64,000 nt of DNA from Cycas panzhihuaensis (Eukaryota; Plantae; Cycadophyta), in the NCBI GenBank assembly GCA_023213395.1, contig CM041465.1, positions 244,411,741-244,475,740 of the forward strand, written 5' to 3'. The position numbers and the translations under genes are program-made. The notes below the pieces were generated by a model that made no database searches, was not told the DNA's origin, and saw only the letters and a program-made list of their open reading frames with translations. Positions 40,901 to 53,026 of this stretch are shown here, piece by piece. Position 1 is the stretch's first letter, and every line of letters begins with the position of its first letter.

Positions 40901-42116
40901 TTTTCTTTATAGGTTAATGTGAGTTGAACATCTTGAGTCAATATACTAATTATCTTCTTCATCACTAGCAACAAAACTTGAAAGAAAAAGACTATTATCA
41001 TCTTTCTTCTTAATTATTATGTTAGTTGTCCCCCTTTGAATACTAGTATTCTTGGAAAAATAATCTTCATCTAGGTGTCCCATTTTATGGTAATAGGAAC
41101 ATTAGATAGTTCCTTTTCCTCTTTGTCTATGACTTCTACTTCTAGAGGTTCCACTTCCTCTAGAAGTTGTTCTATCTCTTTAAAAGAATTGGCCTTGACT
41201 TTGGCCTTGGTAGGTTCATTTGTTCTTGACCTTGATAGTGTTGGTTTAATCCTTGATAATAATAGTTTGATCCTTGATAGTACTAGCTTGATCCTTGATA
41301 GTGTTGGTTTGATCCTTGATAACTTCCTTGACCTTAGAAGTTGTTATGTCCTTAGTAACATTGGTTTTATACTTGAAATCTTCCTTGACTTTAGAAGTTA
41401 CTTGGTCCTTGATAGCTTTGGTTTGGTCTTTAATATCTTTAGTTTCATTCTTGATAACTTCCTTAACTTTGGAAGTTATTTTATCCTTGATGGCTTTGAT
41501 CTTATCCTTGAAATCTTCCTTGCCTTTGATTTCTTCCTCTTCCTCTAGGTGATTGCTTTGGTATTTCACCTCCTTGCCTTATTCTAGCATTAGTTGCAAA
41601 AGCATACTCAAGGGACTCATTGTCCCCTTTCTTTTCTTCAACTACTAAGAGAATGATAGTTAGTTAATTAATTAAAAAGGTACTAAGGTCTTTAAGAACC
41701 TTAATGCTTATGGCTACCATTTTAAACCTCTTGATCTCTCCAACACATCTTAAAATTATTTCCTTTACTCTTTATTCACTTACTATTTCCCCTAAGGATC
41801 TCATTTGATTTAACAAGTCTTGTACCTTGGTGATGAATTCATTTATCTCTTCTCTAGGTGACATCCTTAGATTTTTAAATTTGCTTCTAAGAGTTTGTAG
41901 CTTAGTGGATGTTGCTCCTTCGCAAATCAACTTGAGGATATCCCAAGCTTCTTTGGATATGATAACTTCATTTACTCTAAGGAAAATATGATCCTCTAGA
42001 GTAAAAAAGATAAGGGCCAAAGCCTTATTATCCTTTTTGACATTCTCTTTATAATCTTATTCTTCATCCTTGTTGGTAGTATTGTCAATGTTTTCATATC
42101 CCTTATTGACAAGATC
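37955..42116 (-). pseudogene. gag-pol: Copia B gag-pol, 5'-truncated and disrupted
   Basis: gag SKEAWDIL..KLQTLR.KF.NLRM (ORF 41772-42020). Decayed Zn knuckle CSYYHKMGH at ~41100. Protease IDSRCSTH at ~40940. Integrase LCGPM..KYFMIFIDDF at ~40350. RT EPHTFE at ~39440. RNase H DIFTKAL at ~38020. Confidence 0.93.
41229..41530 (-). repeat. 21-nt-based coding repeat expansion inside the gag of B (IKDQTxx / KVKExxx heptads)
   Basis: Repeated gatccttgata units. This repeat accounts for the overlapping ORFs 41075-41548, 41246-41569 and 41316-41552. Confidence 0.85.
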
Positions 42117-44485
42117 TAATAATAAAGCATAAGAAAGATGAAATATGTACAAGTTAATATAAGAGATGGAGAAATGGCTAAAACTTAAATTAAAATAAAT
42201 GATAATATACATACTTATTATATAAGCTCATCATCAATGAGAGAACCTCATTAGTTAATCTTAGAGGTAGCACATATCTCTATGTGCCTTACAACCTCAA
42301 ACATAAAATATAAATAAATATAGAGAGAGTGTACATGAAGGTGATTATATAATTGGATATTACATCCAACATTTCCCCCCTTATAATAGTCAATTACATA
42401 ATGAAATCTCACATCAAATAATAAGTGTTAAGTCTTTAAATAAATACTAGAGTATAAGCTACTATAATAATATAATTTGCTATCAATATCCATATGAAGA
42501 GAAGTCAGTCTACTAGAATGCATGGGTAATTATCCATTGTAATTTCTAGTTGAATAAGAACCTCCTTTAGATACACGGTTCAATTAGTGCCAAGTTAGCT
42601 TCACTCTTTTAGGAACATGCCATCCTACGTGGCTAAATAAGTGAGCTAATAAAGAAATACAAAAGTAACTAGAAATAGATCCCATCTTTTGTTTAAATAA
42701 GAAAATATAAGCAACTTCAAATAGCTCTATGGCCTTAAATTACCTCTATGGGCTACATCATACCTCTATGGGCTAAAAAACTAGCAATGATATCAATGCA
42801 TAACTTTAAAAATAGATGTAACGTAAGTACAATATGAATGACTCTCTCAAATAATGAATTTCAATGTGAAATAAGTTCTCTAAAGCCAAAAATGAGCTAT
42901 TATATATGTTATCACCCCTATTTGGGGTATATCATATCAATGAAATATTTAAAAAATAGCATGGAACCTTAAAAATTACATGTATGTGATTGAAAGTGAA
43001 GGGAAATGAAGTTTTGAAGGAAACTTTTGACTTTAGAGAAATTTTTTTACATCAAAACAACTCCAAATGCTATCAAGTGACCTACCAAATGAAAGCTCTC
43101 TAAGTTACAAATCTAATGCAACAGACAAGATTAAAAATAAACTTCATATGCTCAAGTTATCATTAAAATAGTGATAAGGACTCTATAAAAGCTAAAATTT
43201 AAGGGCTTAGCCCATTTTACCAACTATTAAAGGTCATATAGGTGCTTAGTATGACTGGGGGTTAATACAAACAAGTGCTAGGTAGACCTAAAAAATATAT
43301 TAAATTTTATTAATAATTGTCTTATTTTTGCAAAAATTATACACTCTTTTTCATAAAAAATTACGTTTGTTAAAGTTGAAAAATAAAGGAATCTACCAAA
43401 AAATTATATATATCAAATATTTTAATTGAACTATTTCACCCTAATATTAGGGTTTGGTTGCCATTTCTTTCTTTATTGATTGGAAAAATTCCTTTTGTGA
43501 TCACTATTATTTTTGTTGTAAGTAAGTGAATCCTCATGATGTAAGCCAAATTTGATACTCTACCAAGTAGATCTCTTCGCATTAGATTACCATTTTATAT
43601 TATACAAATCTACGGTAGCTATGTGTCTTCTCTGCATTGTAGGTTTGTGGCTTCTTGAGGAAGATGAGGAGTAACACACTCTCTTCCTAATGTTTAAGTT
43701 ATTTATATGCTTGCAAATGACAATATACACTTAGAAAGAGAGAATGTTTGAGGCTCATAGAAGGATGTTGAGAAGTGGTTTCAAAATTGGAATCTATTGC
43801 TTAGGGTTTTAGGCTATCTTTTATGGAAGATGATGAGGATGCCTTAAGATTTCTATTAAGATTATGTTTCCTCTTCTAAATCCCTCACAGTGACTGTTGA
43901 GATAAGCTATAGAGGATGTCACTTCGTAATAGATGAGGATACCATGAATGTTACAAGATCATATGCTATAACTAAGCCACAACACTAAAACTGAGTTATT
44001 ATCACACTATAAATTTTTTTATGCACTCTATTATTGGGTATGCCTAAGATGAAAGGAGACTGTAATAAGCCCTTTTGAATGATAAAATAGTATAACCTTT
44101 AACTTTTATCCCCCTAGTACATAAACTTAATACTCTTCAGAGTTCTAAAGACCTATTTATAAAATTTTGGTATGAACTTAAAAAAAATAGAACCAATAAC
44201 ATAAGCAAGAGCCCCTATTGCTACCATGGCTTTTTCATAAACTATTACACTTATGCAAGAAAAAAAAATTGTAAAAAATAGATCCATCATCGAGTCAGCA
44301 CATTATACAATAGTATATTTTGTTATGTTTGAAGCATTGAGTTTTTGAATAATCACCTATAATATCTCACATAATAATGCCTGTAAATATGTTCAAAGAT
44401 GTCTTCCATATATACATACATATATACATGCATGCATGCATACATACATACATACATTCATACATAAATACATACATACATATAC

Positions 44486-44531
<46 letters not shown>

Positions 44532-45151
44532 TAAAAATAATATAGAAATGTTATATATTATAATACATCCTCACAAAACTGCTTAATTATAAATTTCCTT
44601 TCATAAATATAGAGTCATTTTTTACCTCTAGATAGCTAAAAAAGAAACTTCTTTAACTATTGTTAGCAGCTCTATTACAATCTACCCATTAGCATGTAAA
44701 GAGATTGCTACACTAATTATATATACTCAAAAAAATAAATCTCCTTCTTATTAATAGCAGACATGTTATTTCTATAGGGTGATTAGGCTTACATGAACAA
44801 TTGATTTGCTCATTTCCCCTTTATGAATAGCAAATTCAAAAATATTCTAAAATAGGCTTTAGAATAGCCTCATAATAATATCAAAATTACCCCTTAAAAG
44901 TGATTGAAAAGTATGGTAAAACAACCCTAAATATATAAAAATAGTCCTAAAAAATATAATAGAAATTTGCTTCAAATATCTTGAAAATAAGTAAGAACAA
45001 TTCACTAATCAGGCACAATATAGGTTCCTAAAAAAAATTAACAAGGCCCTAAAAAAATTAAAGAATAACATGTATAAAGGCTCTAAAATATTGCCCTTAA
45101 GGATTCAAACCTTGGGCTTTGATACCATATTAGAAAAATAAGTATACATAT
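42117..45151 (-). mobile_element. Family A copy 2 with both LTRs truncated, lying inside Copia B
   Basis: The 3' LTR 42371->42117 matches the first ~255 bp of the LTR at 15808. PPT at 42372-42383. PBS and leader tggtatcaaagcccaaggtttgaatcc (45127->45101) match 16115-16140. 42380-43460 is homologous to ~17780-19065. Confidence 0.88.
44407..44529. repeat. Compound (TA)/(CATA)/(CA) microsatellite
   Basis: Read directly from the sequence. Confidence 0.95.
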
Positions 45152-46505
45152 CTCTAATACCAAATAAAGGGAGAGTGGGAGCTAAAGAGAGCAAAGCATT
45201 ACACAACAAAGGACATCATTGATAATAAATTTCCAGCATTACAAAGGTAGTGTTAAAGAGCACTTAGGGGCCTTACGGCCCAATATATATAGATGAAAGT
45301 TGGGTGAGAGTCCAATGTCTACCATCTTTTGGCGTTTAAAAATACCATTTAAAATAATATTATCTATTCAACTATTGTTGGCTAATGTTAGCTCCACCAA
45401 CCTCAATGCCAATGCACATATATTAATAATTTGAATGAACATTATCTAACAACATGTAAAGTAATATATGATACTCCAAGGTTATATCTTACCTCTCTAT
45501 AGATGTTGGGTGCTTGTCTAAGTCCTAACACTAAATATTTTATTGATTTACTTTTAGGCAACCCAAAAATATAATTTATATCATCCTAAGTATTAGGAAA
45601 TTACCTTGTAAATATATTCTAGTATAGTAATAGCTTAAGCAAATTATTGAAATTTATTATTCCAAAAAGGTACCCTTTAATGGCTAATTTCTTTGGAATT
45701 TTATGAATCATAACACGAGTTATAAAATCTCCTCCATCCCCTAAATAGAAAAAAGGCAAGACAAAGAAAAAAAAATTACATATATAAAAAGGTCATATGG
45801 AGAAAATTTATAAGATTAATAACATGAATCATGGCTGAAAGAGAGATAATTATATATATATTAATATTAGGATTTTTATGCATCTTCCATCACTGAAGAT
45901 CTTAATATTATTTCTTTGCATATTTTCCTAGATATTTTGTTAAGAAAAATCTTTAAGATTAATTTACCATAAAGACTATATATAATTAAAGATGTGATAA
46001 ATCAAAGCACAATGAATTGAATTTTGACACTTAATTTGAATTTTCTAATAAATTATTTTTTAAAAGTATTAATACTAAACTTGACTTACTAAGATCTTAA
46101 ATTTGTCCTATGTAGAGGTAAGTATTTAGAATTCTTTTTCTTCTTTTTTAGGGAGGGGGGGAGTCAAGTATGTAAAAATTTATATTTTACATCTTATATA
46201 GTAGGTTTCTCATGTATTTTTAAACATAGAAGACATTCAAAGTAACTAAAGCTTTATTAAATTCCTCCTTTAGGGTTATTGCCTATTTCACTAAAATTAT
46301 GCCCCTCACTTGATTTTGATGTATATTATGCATTGATCATTTATATAATTTGGTTTATATGAATTGTTTTATTATTTGTTATATGGAGTCATTGGCTGGA
46401 CCTTGATTCACCATATCATGGATTTATTGAGATTTGTTTTGACACTTGTATCATATTAATTTTTATTACGATATGATGACTGAATAATGATTTATGTATG
46501 ATGAT

Positions 46506-46724
<219 letters not shown>

Positions 46725-47368
46725 AGAATAACATGGAAAGCATTCATCAATCAACACCCAACGATATCAATGGACAAGGACCACAATGAATTAACTTAAC
46801 ATCAATAGATTACATTAGACCATGAACTATACCAGGGACTCTATATGAGTCTCCATGATAACTTATTTTTCATATACCACCACAACCACTTTTATATACT
46901 AAGTGGGTGGGATATCACACTATAGATCTAATGCATGTGGGAATATTACCTTTACTCTAACTAATGACATTACACTACTAATTTTACCAATATTGTTATA
47001 ATGACAAATGACTCTTACCCTCTAATACTTAAGATTATTGACCCTAAGACTCACACAACATTAAATATTATATTCTAACACCTCCCCTTAATATTTAATG
47101 TTTGAACTAAGGACAATTTGACATGACTGACACATATTAACATAGGACTTAACTTAAAACTAAAAATAACATGACAAAACTGACATAGAACTTTGACTCT
47201 AAAAAGTTATTTGAACTTCCATCTCCTGAGCTTTGGAATTTTCCTGAAGATGATGTCTTGAACTTCATCATCATCCAATATACTATAAAATATGTATGCT
47301 TTGTTTGCTATATTGCCTCATGATTCTTGTTTGATAGATCTTCCTGTGTACTCCTAGTAAAGGTGTGG

Positions 47369-48157
47369 TCATTTTGGAATAAGTATGAAATAGATTGACT
47401 TCTCTTTATCTATTTCCAAGCTTACTGAGCTGATTGATTTCTCAATCCATTGATCACTTCCTTGAAATGAATAAAGTAATAATGATTCATTTCCAAATTT
47501 TCCTTGAACAAGATACTTTGTTCCTTTCATGTTATCCAAGAAATTTGTAGTGTCAGAAGTGATGAGAGTCTTTATTATGGTAATATGCATATATTTTCCT
47601 ATTACTGCTACATAGATGTGAAACATTACCTTGATATGGTTGAGCTTCAAGACCAAGTATCCTACACAAAACATATAGCAATCTTGATGCACAAGATTTT
47701 GATTATAAGATATTCTTCTCATGTTCCTTCTTTCTAATGTCCTTGTAGGGTATGCTACCATAATTTGAATTCTCTCAAAGATAAACATAGAAGATGCAGT
47801 TAAATTAAGTACAATAATGCATAGTCTCCAATAAGTGCATATTAATGTGTATCCTGTCATCATTTGAATCTTGGCTACATATCTGTCAGTACAAACTAGG
47901 ATGATATTGCCCATGCTTTTTGTTAAGTGACATGTGCCTTTATTAAGTATTACCTGCAGAAATTGAGGCTCAAGTTCTTCAAGTTCCACTTTACTATTAT
48001 TCCCAGATGTGGGCTTTCTTGCAATCTTAGTGAGGCTCATGTTATTTGACAGATTCACATCTTCATTGTCTTCATTAGATTTCAACTTTTCATTTGTTAA
48101 ATCTTCAGGTGGATTGGCCTTACCAGAATCAGTTTGTCTTTTACCTTTTCTTTTCAA
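47369..48157 (-). CDS. 262-codon open frame of unknown product continuing from the gag of element E
   Basis: Longest ORF in the window, with a TTG start. The frame extends upstream to ~48266 through two C>T-type stops and joins gag by one frameshift. No domain recognised. Confidence 0.5.
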   Translation of the reverse strand: MKRKGKRQTDSGKANPPEDLTNEKLKSNEDNEDVNLSNNMSLTKIARKPTSGNNSKVELEELEPQFLQVILNKGTCHLTKSMGNIILVCTDRYVAKIQMMTGYTLICTYWRLCIIVLNLTASSMFIFERIQIMVAYPTRTLERRNMRRISYNQNLVHQDCYMFCVGYLVLKLNHIKVMFHIYVAVIGKYMHITIIKTLITSDTTNFLDNMKGTKYLVQGKFGNESLLLYSFQGSDQWIEKSISSVSLEIDKEKSIYFILIPK

Positions 48158-48267
48158 CTTCTTCCTTTAATTCTTTTCCCTTTTGATACTCCGTTGCACT
48201 TCTTTAGGTCCTTTCTCATGCACTTCTATCAGTAGTTTCTAGGTGTCCTCAACTAAGTTGGTATTTT

Positions 48268-48522
48268 TCAAGACTTGGATAATGAAGTGATAAGAAGAAG
48301 GAAGGTATCCTTATCAAGGGCTACAAGTATTACATCAATAACAATTCTGTTTTTTCTTTTGAAAATTTCCTCCCCTTCTTCATGAGCCATTTCAGTATCC
48401 CTAACTATTTTCCAAAGTTTCTTCAATACAAATAGTCTCTCCATCTTAATTTTCCAAAAATGAAAATTAGTTCCAATATATTTGGGCAAAGGAAAAGGGT
48501 GATCTGATAGTCAATAATTCAT
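48268..48522 (-). pseudogene. gag: Internally deleted Copia gag N-terminus of element E
   Basis: ATG at 48522. LPKYIGTNFHFWKIKME.L...KLW.IV is the Copia gag N-terminal motif, and LLITSLSKS resembles the later LL.SLP.S motif. Confidence 0.8.
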
Positions 48523-51500
48523 TTTTTTCAGGCACAAAAGTGATAAAGTCACTTAGCTCTATGAGGAAAAGATTGACTTAAGTGCAACTACTTTGCCCAG
48601 ACCATAAGTAGATAAACAATAAATACTCTATGATCCCAATGTTGTTAACTATTTTAAAAATAGATACCTAAGAGCAATCCACACTATTTTGCCCCAGCAC
48701 TATTTTTTCGCAATTCCTATGCACAGAATAAAAATAGACATATCAATCAGAATATGATCCTTGCTTTCAGCAAACCCATAGAAAGGAGTTGATCATTGGA
48801 AATGGAGGTTGTCCTTGGTGTCACCACAGTCCATTTGTGGACTCAGTGATAATGTGTTTAACTAGCATTGAACAAGTAAATAACAGTCTTCAAATAATAG
48901 TACTTATAATAAATAAGCAAGCAGCACTCTTGAGACAGCAGTCTTCAAACAATACTTAGACAATCCTGTCTTCAATCTAGAATTCTAGAATACCTCCCAT
49001 GTACTTCTATAGACTCAGATTTCACCATAATAGGGTGCAGGTTACTAAGATGTTGACAATAGTAACAGCGGTTGAGTTGATGCTTTCTAGGGCTGAGAAT
49101 CAGTTGGCCCTAACCTTTCAAGATGTGGCTCAATGTCGTTCCTTCTCCTCCACCAATTGCCACACCCTCCATTGATCCCTAATAGTAATAGTGGATGATG
49201 ATGCAGTTATATCCCTAGCAGTAGGCCCTCATATATGGTCCAAAATCACATAGCTTGCAAGCATAAACTCAGGAAAGCACTGATAGTCTTCTGCCTACTC
49301 CTTGGGATGTTCAAGCTTTTCAAAGTTCCCCATAGATTGAAAATAATACACAGGGATCTATGTTATATGAAAGCAATGCTATTGTAGGGTGGCAATTCTT
49401 TCACCAGCAATGATCTTTGACTCCGGCCAGTTTAGACCTGGGTATTCTTCTACTGCATATGATGAATTGATGAGAAGGGCACAAAACCTTTCACTTCATG
49501 ATGGAAGGTACATCACTTCATATCAAATGACACATCCATATTTGCAACAATCTTCAGTTTCCAATAAGCAAGTTAATACTGAAGGTAAGCTATTTAGAGA
49601 TTTGGTTGACTTAGCCAAATCAAAGAGTAGAGCAACATCCAATAAAGTAAGAGCTTTGTAAAATAGCAATTGTTTTGTGTTAGTTGATTGGTTGGTCATC
49701 CATATGAACTGTAGACTAATACAAGTAGTATTCTCTCGACAGCTAGAATACAAATAGTCTAGATCAAATTATCACATTTATTTACTACTATGGAACATCA
49801 ATTGTATATGACATAAATCGTTTCCACAAAGTGGATGCTTCAAAAACATGAGTCTCCTCTTTATCACTTCAATAGATCCTGTATGTAGTAATTGGCCTTC
49901 TTAATAGGACCACTACAATATGCAGAGCTAACCAACATGACCAATCACAGACTCATTCTATGTTCAATTTGAACTTGCACCAAGAATCAACTCCAAACAG
50001 AGTTAGAAATAACTCCAAACAATGTTATCTACAGTCATTCAAAACATGTTCCATTCATACTCATCTCTGTAACAAATATCATAATCTGTGAATTAGACCC
50101 CACAAAAATTGATTTTGCTCTTCTTCATATCTTCCACAACTCCTTTTACTTGGACACAACATTCAATCATCTAAAATGGCAATAGCAGCACCAGCAATCT
50201 TGGCACAATAATATCCCCAGGTGGTGTTTTATGTAACTCATGAAACATCCATCGAGCTATTATCCAGCCTTAATGCATGGATCCAGTTGTACACAAAAAA
50301 AAAAACACATTTAAAAGGAATGCAAGGCAAGTAGAAAGTAAGTGATCACTAATCTATTGTGTTGTTATCTAACCTTAATCCATGGATTAGCTGTCTGTTT
50401 CCTGAATTTGATTGGCAATCCTCAAGTGGAACAGAATGCCAATTCTCACTACATTCTCAAGGTAATTCACAGCAAACAACCTTCTGATCTCTTCCCTGAA
50501 ATTGATTCACAATGCTTAAAGGACATGGGGTATAATAATTCTTCAAACTGCACCTTGGAAAGTTAAATGGAAGTACTCCTTGGATTGATGGTGAATGGAA
50601 GTAATGTGGTCTTCCAACATGCAAGTAGCATGTGATTCAGTTCAAGGCTTAATATTTGGGAGAATGATACTCAAGCCCAAAATGATAATTATGTTGCCTT
50701 CAAAGTGGCAGCAATGCCCACCAAAACCATTCATGACATCAAGCTAACTAAAGCAATAATAAGATTCCATTCTGTTGTTCCTCCAACGTAAATTAAATCC
50801 TATGTAGCACCTTCACAAGTTGATCACCCAGCTTTATATACAGGTTAAAATAACAAAGGTTTGATTCTCGTTCCTCCACACAAGACTACTCAGAATCAGC
50901 CATGTGTAACCTTACCAAAGATGGTAGTCTATCAATCTTCCTTCAATCCACAACAGTCAGCATGTTTTTCTTTATCTATGGTTGGCAAAGTTCTAGACAT
51001 TAATTCATAACTTCAATAAGGTTGATATAGAAGATCTCTTCTTCTCTTTTGCATACATAGAATTATGCTGAGAATTTTTAGAACCAATACAGGATGGGTT
51101 TGGTAACTTACTCCAAGCTTTACCAATCACTTCAACAAACCAATGATGACCTAAGGTCTTTTTCTCATTACCTCTCAAATCTTCAATCTGTCAGCCACCC
51201 TAATAGAGTCACCTTCCTTCTTTATCTGCACACAAGAGCCTTAGCAAGTGACCTGCTCTAATACCATGTAAAGAATAACATGGAAAGCATTCATCAATCA
51301 ACACCCAATGATATCAATGGATAAGACCATAATGAATTAACTTTACATCAACAAATTACATTAGACTATGAACTATACTAGGGACTCTATATGAGTCTCC
51401 ATGATAACTTATTTTTCATATACCACGACAACCACTTTTATATACTAAGTGGGTGGGAGATCACACTATAGATCTAATGCATGTGGGACTATTACCTTGA

Positions 51501-51624
51501 CTCTAACTAATGATATTACACTACTAATTTCACGAATAATTTTATAATGACAAATGACTCTTACCCTCTAATACTTGAGGTTATTGACTCTAAGACTCAC
51601 ACAACATTAAATATTATATTCTAA

Positions 51625-51649
51625 CACACACACACACACACACACACAC

Positions 51650-51707
<58 letters not shown>

Positions 51708-51720
51708 ATATGTATGTATG
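51625..51720. repeat. (CA)n-TA-(TG)n-(TATG)n microsatellite, self-complementary
   Basis: Directly abuts the 5' LTR of element E. Confidence 0.95.
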
Positions 51721-52708
51721 TTGATGATTGATATTATGGAGATATATCCTAGTTCTTGTCCATTCTGAATAATTCAATTTTATAATCACTGCTTACTTAT
51801 TTCATTCCTCTTTATTTTGTAATTATTTCATAGAGTTAGTCTTTTTGTTTATATTTCTTTTCTTATTTTATACCTTGAGTTTCTTTTTTGGGCTCTATCT
51901 GTCAATGTTTTATCCAAATATCTTTTATAGATTTATTTATCTAAGAAATTATTCTTTTTCTACTTTGTTTTTTAATCATGTTTTTAGTATAACTAAAAAT
52001 ATGAGTTTACTCATAAAACATGAACATCGTATTTTATGAATGAAATCTCATTTTTGGCCCTTCATAAAATGTGGCCCTCATGTTTTATGAAGGAAATTAT
52101 GCTTTTTATTATGTCATTCATAATTTTTTTTGATAAAAAATGCTAATTCCTTTCTATTATCATATATCACCACCCATAATCATAGGAACTCACTGCCCCT
52201 TCCCTCTAAATTCCCCGAGACCCTCAAAACATGATTCATTTATGAAATTTTCTATTAGAGAAGGAGTGAATCTAAAGAAAATAATAGATTTTCAACTTGA
52301 TCATTTTCAAAACTTTGTATGAAATGCATCAACTTACTTCAAGAGAAGACACTATTAGGGTACTTTCCTATCATCTATTGTCCTTATTAACTTGGTAATA
52401 TTTTATTTTATTATAGAGATCTTAGTTTCATTGATTTATTAGTGCTTTATATTCTCTTTTGTCTATTTTACTATGAGTTTATGGGTTTGTTTCTTTCTTG
52501 ATTATTGGAAATTTAATTAAGGACCAATCCTTGTGAGCCTAGGTTGGGCGTACTAAGGTGAATAGAAGGCTATATTCATCCTATTCTCTACTCATTTTTT
52601 AGGTCCCCTTACTCACCCATCCATTGGAATCGCTTTCTTCCAAGTTTTACTACTCTTACATGTGGAATTCTCTTACTCTTCCAATACTTTTATCATCTCC
52701 TATTCATC

Positions 52709-52850
52709 CTCATGATTTCAAAGATTAGATAATAATGTTTGGGGAAGATTTAGATGTCATTCTAAGGCACAATTCATTAATTACATTCATCTCTTAAGTT
52801 AATTTATCTCTTTTATTTGTAGATCTTTCCACTAAAAAAAAATTATATAC

Positions 52851-52887
<37 letters not shown>

Positions 52888-53026
52888 CATTTTTTTTAGT
52901 AGAAAAATCTACAAATAAAAGAGATAAATTAACTTACTTAAGAGATGAATGTAATTAATGAATTATGCCTCAGAATAACATCTAAATCTTCCCCAAACCT
53001 TATCATCTAATTTGTAAAATCATGAG
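52709..53026. repeat. Long inverted repeat (~130-bp arms) around a (TACA)/(TA)n loop
   Basis: 52709-52843 is the near-perfect reverse complement of 52889-53026, e.g. gtttggggaagatttagatg / catctaaatcttccccaaac. Confidence 0.95.

Larger units (their letters stand above)
37652..45451 (-). mobile_element. Ty1/Copia element B, chimeric with family A copy 2
   Basis: 287-bp LTRs at 45165-45451 (5') and 37652-37938 (3'), ~75-80% identical. PBS at 45152-45162 (tggtattagag on minus), PPT at ~37939-37950. No matching TSD (ttctc vs acatg). Confidence 0.85.
46720..51626 (-). mobile_element. Non-autonomous gag-only (TR-GAG-like) Copia-derived element E, the youngest in the window
   Basis: LTRs at 51267-51626 and 46720-47080 (~360 bp, ~22 differences, ~94%). 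PBS tggtattagagc at 51266->51255, PPT taaggggagg at 47090->47081. Partial gag only; no PR, INT or RT motifs recognised. Confidence 0.93.

Noticed and set aside
41075-41548. 157-aa plus-strand ORF with an LRR-like look (LILD repeats)
   Set aside because: It is the antisense reading of the 21-nt gag repeat.
48530-49753. One long ancestral minus-strand ORF through the leader of element E
   Set aside because: Stops are biased to TGA/TAG but occur at about 4-5% of codons, too many for so young an element, and the frame breaks upstream of 49753.
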